Source: a virus
Virus record (IMG/VR): IMGVR_UViG_3300017605_000154
Coordinates: 1 to 64,000 of that record
DNA: 64,000 nucleotides
Direction: 5' to 3' (one strand)
Part shown: positions 56,270 through 63,945 of the stretch, in pieces
Layout of the letters: each line of letters starts with the position of its first letter
Position numbering within the stretch: the stretch's first letter is position 1
Notes under the pieces: model-generated
Database searches by the model: none
Told to the model about the DNA's origin: nothing
The model's input: only the letters and a program-made list of their open reading frames with translations
Translations under genes and position numbers: made by a program

Positions 56270-56867
56270 CGTTAGAGCTACGCCTACCTCAGAGATGGGG
56301 GGAGACGCTAACACCTCTGATCCCACCAATTTTGCCACGTATCCCTCGGCGTAGCTCAATGGGATAGTCCGACCGACCCCTACGAATACGTCGTAGGTTA
56401 CTCTTGACTACCCCATTCAACTACGGTAGTTCTAGTGTGCGCGGCCTACGGTCATACGATGAGTACCAGAAATTTACTCATCTAGCTACGAGTTTGCCGT
56501 GAATGATTCCTGGCGCATCATCCATCTTTCCTGTAGTTTGCCACTCTACAGGCACACACTAGTTCTGAAAACTACGGGATAGTGGACTATCGCAGACTTC
56601 GTCCACTATCGGGTGATTGGTGAGAGTCTTTGCATTGACCCTTTGTTCTGCGACCAAAATTGAGCTACGTTGGTTAGCAGACTTGCACATCGTCTCGCTC
56701 ATGTATCTACTTATTACCGGACGATCGACCCCCGTAGCTCAATGAGCTAGAAGACATTCCTCGGTTATGGACTTACCCTATTTGGAAGGCAGTAGCCATA
56801 ACTCTGTACTCGTACATCTAGCTCATTCAACTACGCAAAGTTTCAACTTTCCCCCTTGCGCGATCCT
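56270..56867 (-). ncRNA. modular structured RNA with recurring CGUAG-stem closures
   Basis: ORF-free; modules 56835-56733, 56576-56426, 56425-56350 with 17-19-bp closing stems; G-U pairs only on the - strand; directly downstream of a promoter. Confidence 0.7.
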
Positions 56868-56873
56868 CTGAGG

Positions 56874-56902
56874 AGCGTACTCCCCAGGGCCGCTCCTGTC
56901 AA
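56874..56902 (-). promoter_or_regulatory. sigma70-type promoter overlapped by a 7-bp inverted repeat
   Basis: TTGACA-17 nt-TACGCT; AGGAGCG(56871-77)/CGCTCCT(56891-97). Confidence 0.8.
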
Positions 56903-57009
56903 TGCGTGGCGGCGCGTCCTGGCCGTCCGGAGCGGGGGTCAGCATCGACCTCCCCCCGCGCTCGGACGCTCGGAGAACGGCTCCTGTGGCCGTACAGAAC
57001 CTACGAACT

Positions 57010-57240
57010 TTAGAACCCTGCATCCTTTGCCTTACCGCCCTTGCAACCGATATGCGGATACCATGCATAGGGATCAGAACCATGCCAGAAGGTCAAACCG
57101 CAATCCTCGCAAACTTGCGGAATCTTGGCACTGTATGCCGCGACTCCATGCGGTTCGTCCCGCCTGTCCTGGGACTTAACGACAACCTTGCGGGCATGCT
57201 CGGCGATTGCATCCAACGACTCACTAAAGATGATCTTCAT
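57010..57240 (-). CDS. small Cys-containing hypothetical protein
   Basis: AGGAGG SD; CEDC...HIGC. Confidence 0.65.
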   Translation of the reverse strand: MKIIFSESLDAIAEHARKVVVKSQDRRDEPHGVAAYSAKIPQVCEDCGLTFWHGSDPYAWYPHIGCKGGKAKDAGF

Positions 57241-57306
57241 GTTTCCTCCTGAGTGTTATCTAACTGTATGCATCGCTCACCTTCCTTTCGTTAGCCTCAA
57301 GAATGA

Positions 57307-57328
57307 GGGCCGGGATATACCCGGCCCC
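57307..57328 (-). terminator. hairpin terminator
   Basis: GGGCCGGG/CCCGGCCC stem downstream of the 57353 stop. Confidence 0.65.
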
Positions 57329-57352
57329 CAAACTTCAAGCTACCTTCGAAAG

Positions 57353-57724
57353 TTACGCGGTAGCGAGATCGTTCCGGACGAGATACACGTTCTCGTCCTT
57401 GCCGCGAACCTCGACGTTCTTTGCGGGCGAGTCCTCGTCGGCCGCAACAGCACGCTTGATCGCGGACTTCAGCGAAGCCTTGATCGAATTCGCCTTCACA
57501 CCCTCGAAACCAACCTTGGTTCCGCGAATGTTGGCCTCGATGAACGATGCGAGGAACGAATCGTACTCGCCATGACCACGGCCACCACGGGTACCCTCAA
57601 GCTCATCAGCCTCGACGGGAATCATCTCAAGCGACATCTTCTTTCCTCCTGTTGTTGTAGTTGCAGCGGAAGCTGCGGTTGTATCTGTGTCTGCCTTGCT
57701 ACTGCTACTTCTTGGTCTTGCCAC
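57353..57724 (-). CDS. small putative DNA-binding protein in its own transcription unit
   Basis: RGGRG; winged-helix-like ANSIKASLKSAIKR...VYLVR; own promoter and terminator; second SD before MSLEM. Confidence 0.6.
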   Translation of the reverse strand: MARPRSSSSKADTDTTAASAATTTTGGKKMSLEMIPVEADELEGTRGGRGHGEYDSFLASFIEANIRGTKVGFEGVKANSIKASLKSAIKRAVAADEDSPAKNVEVRGKDENVYLVRNDLATA

Positions 57725-58142
57725 GATGCTCCACTCCTGTTCTTTCGACTAGCTGGAGCCTTCGATCAACGTCCGAAAATGCCTTCACTACATTCATACC
57801 TCCTACGCTGGTTTCCAGTACGGACAGTCGATTCATTAGGGACACTATAGGGGATTCTGCCTCCATTGTCAAGCCCATTAGCTCATCTTCTTGCGGCTTC
57901 CGCAGGAGGACGAGCGTGGAGGGCTTGGAGCGACCCCCTCGGTCAAGCAGCGCCGCGTAGCCTCCGTCGTACAATGCTCTTGTGATGACGGAGTAGTACG
58001 TCGATGAAGCAATTGACCGAACAAGTATCGAAAGTGAACCGATGTAAAGTTGGTTGCCTTCGACTTTAACGGATTCTTCCTCCATTCTTTCGTAGACAGA
58101 GATGATGTGTTGAGCAAGCCTTGGAGACATGTGGGTTTGCAT
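57705..58142 (-). CDS. winged-helix-like hypothetical protein
   Basis: YYSVITRALYDGGY...DRGGRSKPS. Confidence 0.6.
   Translation of the reverse strand: MQTHMSPRLAQHIISVYERMEEESVKVEGNQLYIGSLSILVRSIASSTYYSVITRALYDGGYAALLDRGGRSKPSTLVLLRKPQEDELMGLTMEAESPIVSLMNRLSVLETSVGGMNVVKAFSDVDRRLQLVERTGVEHRGKTKK
57844..57872 (-). promoter_or_regulatory. near-consensus promoter inside a CDS
   Basis: TTGACA-17 nt-TATAGT. Confidence 0.75.
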
Positions 58143-58477
58143 CACGCCTCTTCTGTTTTCCACCCTGCAAGGAAACAAAAGCGGCACATCTTGAAGCCAT
58201 TGGCTTCTGCAACCATCGCAGTGTCGGTACCGCGAGGGTCGATGCAATCAGGGTTTTCGCATTCACCATAAGATTGCTTGGTTTCATAGAACCAATTATG
58301 GTAACTGCGCTCAAGCACCTTCGACTTGCGAGGTTTGGATTGAGGCGCTCGCATTACCTCGTCTAGCTCTTCTGGCGAAATCTCCTCCATTTCTTGACTT
58401 GCCTTCTTTACGACGTGAGTAACTTTCTCGAGCGTGTTTGCAATCTCCGCAAGTTCCTCTGAAGATAGCTCCTCCAT
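58142..58477 (-). CDS. hypothetical protein with C-terminal Zn finger
   Basis: CENPDC...CRFC. Confidence 0.6.
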   Translation of the reverse strand: MEELSSEELAEIANTLEKVTHVVKKASQEMEEISPEELDEVMRAPQSKPRKSKVLERSYHNWFYETKQSYGECENPDCIDPRGTDTAMVAEANGFKMCRFCFLAGWKTEEA

Positions 58478-58707
58478 TAGATTCCTTCCCCAAGCTTTTG
58501 AATATCGACCCAACCACAAGGTGTGTAAGTACCGTCGGTTGGGCTGTAGTGTACCTTGCCCTCTTGATAGCGAAGCTTGAAAGTTCTGCCTCTTAGCTCG
58601 ACCGACTTGCTTCTTGCCTTGACTGCATCGGCCAGAGCCATGACGTCAAGAGGATCAAAGCTTGACACCCCTAAGCGGGCCTCCCAAGGTTCGGGTTTCT
58701 TGGTCAT
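58477..58707 (-). CDS. hypothetical protein
   Basis: AGGAGGAG SD before MTKKP. Confidence 0.65.
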   Translation of the reverse strand: MTKKPEPWEARLGVSSFDPLDVMALADAVKARSKSVELRGRTFKLRYQEGKVHYSPTDGTYTPCGWVDIQKLGEGI

Positions 58708-58714
58708 GCTCCTC

Positions 58715-59251
58715 CTAGTCGGTAGTGTAGCCGGTAGAAGCTTCGATCGGAGGGCCAACAATCTCAAGCACTGCGGCAGCGACTTCGTCCTCCGAGATTC
58801 CCAGCCAACTAGCAAGGGCTTCGGTAGGAATAGAGACACTTGAATAACTCACAGTGATTGTTCCCGAAGGAAGGCCCTTCTCAGTAAATCTAGCATCAAG
58901 CAGATCACTGAGAACTTTCTGCCTTGCCCGCCTCTTTCGAGTGTCGTAGGTTCGACGCTCTTCCTCAAGAAGAAGGGCAGCTTCCTCATCCTTGTAGAAA
59001 GCCCAGAAGTCCAGCAGTTCGCGGGAAGAGACTGTAGTCTCATGCCCTTCCTTGTAGTAGCTAAGGTTGTAACCTTTGCCCGGTTCGATTACCTTGATCT
59101 GGACCTCAGTCTTGCGGTTCTTGTCGTAGAGGGACTTAACCTTTCTGATGCGAGTAACTTCTACCTTGGCAGCGCCGATGGGAATGCTTCCCTTAGGACG
59201 CTTCGGAAACCAAGCGTAGAACTCGCCTACATAAAGCTCGTTGGCGTTCAT
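58715..59251 (-). CDS. hypothetical protein
   Basis: AAGGAAGGAG SD. Confidence 0.7.
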   Translation of the reverse strand: MNANELYVGEFYAWFPKRPKGSIPIGAAKVEVTRIRKVKSLYDKNRKTEVQIKVIEPGKGYNLSYYKEGHETTVSSRELLDFWAFYKDEEAALLLEEERRTYDTRKRRARQKVLSDLLDARFTEKGLPSGTITVSYSSVSIPTEALASWLGISEDEVAAAVLEIVGPPIEASTGYTTD

Positions 59252-59261
59252 AGCTCCTTCC

Positions 59262-60578
59262 TTAGATTCCTGCCAACTTGTCCAGCCTTGTAAGAATCAG
59301 CTCAAGCATGGATGCCTTCTTCTCTTCCTCCTGCGGGTATCCACGCGCGGAACCCTTGGTGTCGAAACTCTCTAGCATCTTGAGAAGCACGGTTGCATAC
59401 TGCCCACTGATCGAAACACTCGGAGCAATAGTCTGAAGCTCCTGATCGACTAGGTTCTTGACAGCTTCGATCTGCTTTGGAAGCTCCACTCGCGCAGCCT
59501 CAAGCTCGTTGAGGGCTTCGTCGTGATCCTTGCGAAGATCGATGACTGCAAGATTGGCAGCCTGCGCCTTGTGCGTTACAGCCTTCCAATCATCGGGGTC
59601 AGTACCATCGGCACCTGCAGTCTCCGCAATCTTGCGAAAGACCTCTTCGTACTCATCGACTAGCGCAACCGCAAGGTCGTACGTTGTCTGATCCGGCCCC
59701 TCCTGTGGAGAAGTTGAAGTATCAGGCGCCTTTTCCTTCTTCTCCTTCTTCGGCGCAGACTCAGGCTTCGACCGAATCTTTGTCTCATCGATTTCTCCCC
59801 ACTTCAAGCCATCGAGATGATCCATTGTTGCTTCGATCAACTCAATCGACCACAAGGAAGTGCTCTTACCCTTCTCCAACAGCGTGTAGAGAAGTTGGTA
59901 GCCTGCCTGGGGGGTCTTCCAAGCTCGAAGATTTCGCTTGGGTGCAACCTCCTCAATTGCGATACGCACGAACTCGCTTCGTGCGGTACCTGCCCTGCTA
60001 GGACTTGTGTACTTCTTGCCCTCGACGGTGGCGCGAGTCTTTGCTCGCTCGACAAGATTCTCTTCCTGCCTCTCAAGCAGAGTGCGAAGCCTTGCAATCG
60101 ATGCCTTAATTCTCGGTGCGTCTTCAGCAGCCATGTTGTGTATCGCCTCTCCTGTTGCTTCACTCGTAAATGGATGATGGTCAGAATTGGGGCCTACTTT
60201 CACCCGCGTCAGGAAACTACTGTCGTCCTCCAAATCATCGATAAGAGGTACTCGTTGTCCTGCCGCTGCAGCTTGCTCTTGCGCCTTCTTCAAGGCGTCA
60301 AGATCAATCGCCGGCTTCTTCTTGTGTCCCTTTCGATTTTTCTTCTGTTCCCTCCCGAATTCAATGTGATAGCCAGCTTTCCGTAGGATGCGTCGAATGT
60401 TGAAGTGCCAGTTAAGATCCCCACCTTGCTTGTTTGCATGTCCAGAGATACCAGTGAGGACTGTTCCCGACTTCGGATCGATGATGTCCCACATCGTGTG
60501 GCTATGCTTAGAAGGATTCTTCTGGACTACAAGCCCAACCTCCTCGATCTTATCTATGACTTCGTGAAGACTAGGCAC
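59262..60578 (-). CDS. 438-aa protein with N-terminal HicA-like domain
   Basis: EVIDKIEEVGLVV...KHSH...GD...NIRRILRKAG resembles actinophage HicA-like proteins; remainder helical/coiled coil. Confidence 0.5.
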   Translation of the reverse strand: MPSLHEVIDKIEEVGLVVQKNPSKHSHTMWDIIDPKSGTVLTGISGHANKQGGDLNWHFNIRRILRKAGYHIEFGREQKKNRKGHKKKPAIDLDALKKAQEQAAAAGQRVPLIDDLEDDSSFLTRVKVGPNSDHHPFTSEATGEAIHNMAAEDAPRIKASIARLRTLLERQEENLVERAKTRATVEGKKYTSPSRAGTARSEFVRIAIEEVAPKRNLRAWKTPQAGYQLLYTLLEKGKSTSLWSIELIEATMDHLDGLKWGEIDETKIRSKPESAPKKEKKEKAPDTSTSPQEGPDQTTYDLAVALVDEYEEVFRKIAETAGADGTDPDDWKAVTHKAQAANLAVIDLRKDHDEALNELEAARVELPKQIEAVKNLVDQELQTIAPSVSISGQYATVLLKMLESFDTKGSARGYPQEEEKKASMLELILTRLDKLAGI

Positions 60579-60756
60579 TTTTCTTACCCATCTCCTTCAC
60601 CTCGATCTTGTAGATGTAGCCGTCTACGTTGACCGCGAAGAAATTCTTGCCTTCGGGCACAGCCGATGAGACACCAGGAAAGGCACGTTCGAAAACGTGC
60701 GTGACGATCTGGTTCTCACGATCAGCCTTGCGTGTGGAAAGCTCTGCCTCGCTCAC
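60571..60756 (-). CDS. hypothetical protein
   Basis: AAAGGGAG SD; coupled. Confidence 0.6.
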   Translation of the reverse strand: MSEAELSTRKADRENQIVTHVFERAFPGVSSAVPEGKNFFAVNVDGYIYKIEVKEMGKKSA

Positions 60757-61223
60757 GATGTCTCTCCCTTTCTGCTACTACTGATGAAGTTACAGTCGTA
60801 GCCATCGGTTCCTGCGTACTGCCAGATGCGCTTACAGGCTAGCGTAAGTTTATCACCTGGCTTCACTAGCGCGCAACGTGTGTCCTCGCATCCGAACTGT
60901 CGACCATCGGTGTACTCGACCACGAACTTCTGTTGGAAGCTATCACTGCTTCCGAGGAGTCGACTCTTGATAGAGCGAACCTCTCCAACCTTGGTCACGA
61001 ACTGATGGTACTCAGCCTTGTAGGGGTAGTAGCCGACGGCGACGAATACTAGAGCTATCGCAGCAATCACCCACAAGGCGTACGCAGGAACTTTCTCGAA
61101 GGTATCGAACTCACGATTTGCACGCCACCAGAAAAATCCTCCTATCACTAGCAGGGCTATGAACAGTAGAACTAGGGGTAGGAGAACGAGAACTTCCAGT
61201 GTCCAAGTCGTATTACCTTCCAT
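60753..61223 (-). CDS. two-TM membrane protein with extracytoplasmic Cys-containing beta domain
   Basis: Two hydrophobic segments; FVVEYTDG...C..VKPGDKLTLAC. Confidence 0.7.
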   Translation of the reverse strand: MEGNTTWTLEVLVLLPLVLLFIALLVIGGFFWWRANREFDTFEKVPAYALWVIAAIALVFVAVGYYPYKAEYHQFVTKVGEVRSIKSRLLGSSDSFQQKFVVEYTDGRQFGCEDTRCALVKPGDKLTLACKRIWQYAGTDGYDCNFISSSRKGETS

Positions 61224-61588
61224 CAGCAGCCTGCCCTACGCTCGGCTGCCATCTCTGCGTACATGTCATGCAAGTCTCGCGCTTCCTCTTCCGTCATCAA
61301 CTCGGAAAGATTGCGGCCTGCAAGATTAGGGCGACCGCAACCCCCACAGAGGCCGCGCTCTACCATGTTGCGCTCCATCGACATCATCACCGCTTCGCGA
61401 GATTCGTCATCGTCGTAAAAGCCCAACTCATCCAAGTCATCCTGTGTGTACACGAATGGCTCGATGTGTGAACGTGAAACCATTTCGGGCAAACGATGGT
61501 AGATATCCCAGAGCTTTGCGTTATACTCTGCGATGCCTTCGATCTGCCCACAGTGCTGACATACCTTGTCCATCAGTTTCCCTCCCAC
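61223..61588 (-). CDS. hypothetical Zn-binding protein
   Basis: CQHC...CGGC. Confidence 0.6.
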   Translation of the reverse strand: MGGKLMDKVCQHCGQIEGIAEYNAKLWDIYHRLPEMVSRSHIEPFVYTQDDLDELGFYDDDESREAVMMSMERNMVERGLCGGCGRPNLAGRNLSELMTEEEARDLHDMYAEMAAERRAGC

Positions 61589-61821
61589 TCTTCATCTTCT
61601 GCAGTAGCGTCGTAGGCTGCATTTTGCTTGAGGCAACCATCGCACTGATACGGTTCGACTTGATCGTCTTTCATCCTTGTAAACATTCCAGGGTAGACCT
61701 TCTCCTCATCGACCAGCTCGCCAGCGCGAGTTTTCTCTAGGTCTGCATCAAGGCACTCGCCGCAGACAATCATGCCGCTACCGTCGTACTCGTAGTAGTA
61801 CTCAGGATTGTGCTTTGCCAT
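61573..61821 (-). CDS. hypothetical Zn-binding protein
   Basis: CGEC...CDGC; AGGAGAGG SD. Confidence 0.65.
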   Translation of the reverse strand: MAKHNPEYYYEYDGSGMIVCGECLDADLEKTRAGELVDEEKVYPGMFTRMKDDQVEPYQCDGCLKQNAAYDATAEDEEWEGN

Positions 61822-61829
61822 GTCCTCTC

Positions 61830-62174
61830 CTATCTATCGAGCTTTGCGTAGCTATCCTTACCGACAAGCTTCTCGGTTGCGAACAACTCGGAGTCTTCCG
61901 GGCCGATTGCCTTCCACTCCGCAAATTCCCACTCGACTAGCCACTCGTAGATGCTGCGTGCTAGCTCATGCGATGACATGCTATACTTCTCGCCGAACCA
62001 GATCGTGTGCTGTCGGTCGAGACTGACCAATCCATACTGGTCGACCTCGACATAGACAAACACCATCTCATCAGATTTACGACTTGTGTTGTGTGGCAAC
62101 TTCACGAGATAGGTTGTCCACACTTCACTAAAAACAGGCTCGTTCTCTGCATCCCAAAGATCGATGTCAGCCAT
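61830..62174 (-). CDS. hypothetical protein
   Basis: GGAGGA SD before MADID. Confidence 0.6.
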   Translation of the reverse strand: MADIDLWDAENEPVFSEVWTTYLVKLPHNTSRKSDEMVFVYVEVDQYGLVSLDRQHTIWFGEKYSMSSHELARSIYEWLVEWEFAEWKAIGPEDSELFATEKLVGKDSYAKLDR

Positions 62175-62440
62175 TACTCTAGTTCCTCCCAAAGTTCGCT
62201 GAGTGGGATTACATCTGGATCGGGAGAACACTGATCGAGAAATGCGTACTGATCGAAGTTGAGATTGTCAAGTTTAAACCGCTGGGCAAATTCAAGCGCA
62301 AGGTTCTCGATCGCTGTCCGCGCTCCCATCTTGTGAATCAAATCGGTATCGCTAATAGATCCTCCATCAGCCGGATAATGATTGCGTAGACGCTTCGCTA
62401 CGAAGTTGTAGTGCAACTGGTGAAACTTAGGCTCTGCCAT
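62174..62440 (-). CDS. hypothetical phage protein
   Basis: FKLDNLNFDQYAF; coupled on both sides. Confidence 0.6.
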   Translation of the reverse strand: MAEPKFHQLHYNFVAKRLRNHYPADGGSISDTDLIHKMGARTAIENLALEFAQRFKLDNLNFDQYAFLDQCSPDPDVIPLSELWEELE

Positions 62441-62679
62441 TACTCGGCCCACATTAGATCCCAGCACTCAGGGTGAGTACCAGAGATGAGGATTTCTCTC
62501 TGCTCTGCAGAAAACGAAGGCCACACTTTCTGTACGTGCGCTCCTGCGCACCATTCGTTGAATGCGTCAAGCCCAACTTCAATCATTGCCAGCTTGTTAC
62601 ACCACTGGCAAATTCTGGCAATATGGACTCGATCGCCAACTACCGTAACTTGCGCTCCTGGCATTCCTGGCGTTACCAT
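62440..62679 (-). CDS. hypothetical phage protein
   Basis: CQWC...REILISGTHPECWD. Confidence 0.7.
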   Translation of the reverse strand: MVTPGMPGAQVTVVGDRVHIARICQWCNKLAMIEVGLDAFNEWCAGAHVQKVWPSFSAEQREILISGTHPECWDLMWAE

Positions 62680-63284
62680 ACTTCGCTCCCGATGTTTGTC
62701 ACGCTTCCCCTTTCGTTCACTTCCCAGATGTCTGGGTAGTAGCCTGTCTTTCGCATATGCAGGCTAATTCCTGCGAGAACTCTATCGCGTGTAACTTCTC
62801 CTTCATGGTTCGGCCAGACTTCGATCTCTTTTCCGGCATCACCATCGAATGCATGCCACTTGCCGCGATCCCAACTCAGGAAGATGTCGTATTCACTCTG
62901 CCCCCACCCATCGATGTACAACTCCTGGAAAACCTTGGCTGCTTTCTCCTCCGTATCGTACTCATCGAAGTCGACAAACCCCGACTCGCTCTCGTTGAGG
63001 AGATAATTGTCGAAGCGAGTAATTCTTCCCCAACCATCCGGCCCCATCGATTCGTCTTCTGCGCCGCTATCCATGCTCCATTCGTAGAGAATGAGCGCCT
63101 TGCCCATGCTCTCTGCGTAGTGCTGCTCGAAAGACTCTGGATCGCTAGATGAGTACTGCTGGAACTTTCCGGGGTGGTTGTTCGCTACAGCACAAGGCAT
63201 GCAGCACGAAGACTCTCCGATTGTTGCAGCCTTGGTAGATACCGTCTTGTGCTTGCCTACGATGCACTCGTATACCAAGCTCAT
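62673..63284 (-). CDS. hypothetical acidic phage protein
   Basis: AAGGGAG SD before MSLVY; YYPDIWEVNERG. Confidence 0.65.
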   Translation of the reverse strand: MSLVYECIVGKHKTVSTKAATIGESSCCMPCAVANNHPGKFQQYSSSDPESFEQHYAESMGKALILYEWSMDSGAEDESMGPDGWGRITRFDNYLLNESESGFVDFDEYDTEEKAAKVFQELYIDGWGQSEYDIFLSWDRGKWHAFDGDAGKEIEVWPNHEGEVTRDRVLAGISLHMRKTGYYPDIWEVNERGSVTNIGSEVW

Positions 63285-63457
63285 AGCACTGGCTCCCTTA
63301 GTCTTGCGGCTGACTTGATTCGAATTTCTCTGTCGGTAGCAAGATTGCGTGCTGTCCATCCGCCGAAGGGATTCTCTCGGAGAATACGCACTGTTACAAT
63401 GCGACCGGAAACCTTAGCGGTGTACCTTCCACCGACAGTGATGTCTTTCTTCTTCAA
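63281..63457 (-). CDS. 58-aa SH3-like protein (not in ORF track)
   Basis: GAGGAGG SD, TTG start; MKKKDITVGGRYTAKVSGRIVTVRI...GGWTARNLATDREIRIKSAARLR; ATGA coupling. Confidence 0.7.
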   Translation of the reverse strand: MKKKDITVGGRYTAKVSGRIVTVRILRENPFGGWTARNLATDREIRIKSAARLREPVL

Positions 63458-63458
63458 C

Positions 63459-63704
63459 TTAGTTCCTCCTCACGAATTCACCGTTGACGACGGTACCGAT
63501 CAGCTTGCGACCATTCGACCTTCCGGAAGTCGATCCGCCACACAGGTAGATTTCGAAAGTGTCGTCGTCACCATCGGGATTAGCATGAATCTCTACGCCG
63601 TGATCCCAACCACGCAGCCACACAGTTAGATCGTTGGCGTACTTATCTGCCGTCGTGCTGTGTGACGAAGAACTAACCGTCGCTGCAAACCTACGCTTAC
63701 CCAT
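63459..63704 (-). CDS. hypothetical protein
   Basis: SD; LRGWDHGV...FEIYLCGGS. Confidence 0.65.
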   Translation of the reverse strand: MGKRRFAATVSSSSHSTTADKYANDLTVWLRGWDHGVEIHANPDGDDDTFEIYLCGGSTSGRSNGRKLIGTVVNGEFVRRN

Positions 63705-63711
63705 TTTGCCC

Positions 63712-63945
63712 TCACTCCTCTACCGATTCGTAAAGAACGATCATCAAGCTGCCAACCGCTAGCACACAGAAGAATGCTCCCATGCTGCCTAAGATTGCGG
63801 TCCTCCAACTGTGTTCGATTGCGACCCAGAAGAACGTAGCCATGCTAATCAGGAACGATACCAAAACTACGCCTAAGGCCATCAGCACATACACCGACCG
63901 TGCCGAAACTCTCTGGATATTCATGCGTCTCCTTTGTAGTCCCAA
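63712..63945 (-). CDS. two-TM membrane protein
   Basis: Two hydrophobic helices. Confidence 0.6.
   Translation of the reverse strand: MGLQRRRMNIQRVSARSVYVLMALGVVLVSFLISMATFFWVAIEHSWRTAILGSMGAFFCVLAVGSLMIVLYESVEE

Noticed and set aside
56361-56414. Y RNA resemblance on the + strand (GUCCGA...UUGAC)
   Set aside because: The stem has an A-C mismatch on + but a G-U pair on -, the promoter drives -, and no Ro60 gene is present
56490-56700. c-di-GMP-I (GGCAAA...GAAA) or c-di-AMP/ydaO (GUCxGCUAAC) riboswitch
   Set aside because: Only short words match; the required helices and other conserved blocks are not evident by eye. An Infernal search is needed to exclude them formally
56270-56867. CRISPR mini-array or TIGR-type array
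   Set aside because: Repeats are short, occur in both orientations and are irregularly spaced (65-166 nt); there is no constant repeat-spacer period and no Cas effector or Nop-domain gene is recognisable
20321-60386. Long antisense/alternate-frame ORFs in the track (e.g. 20321-21028, 25783-26481, 27280-28050, 52051-52773, 57125-57850, 59817-60386)
   Set aside because: They shadow well-supported genes on the other strand, lack SDs and motifs, and oppose the local transcription direction
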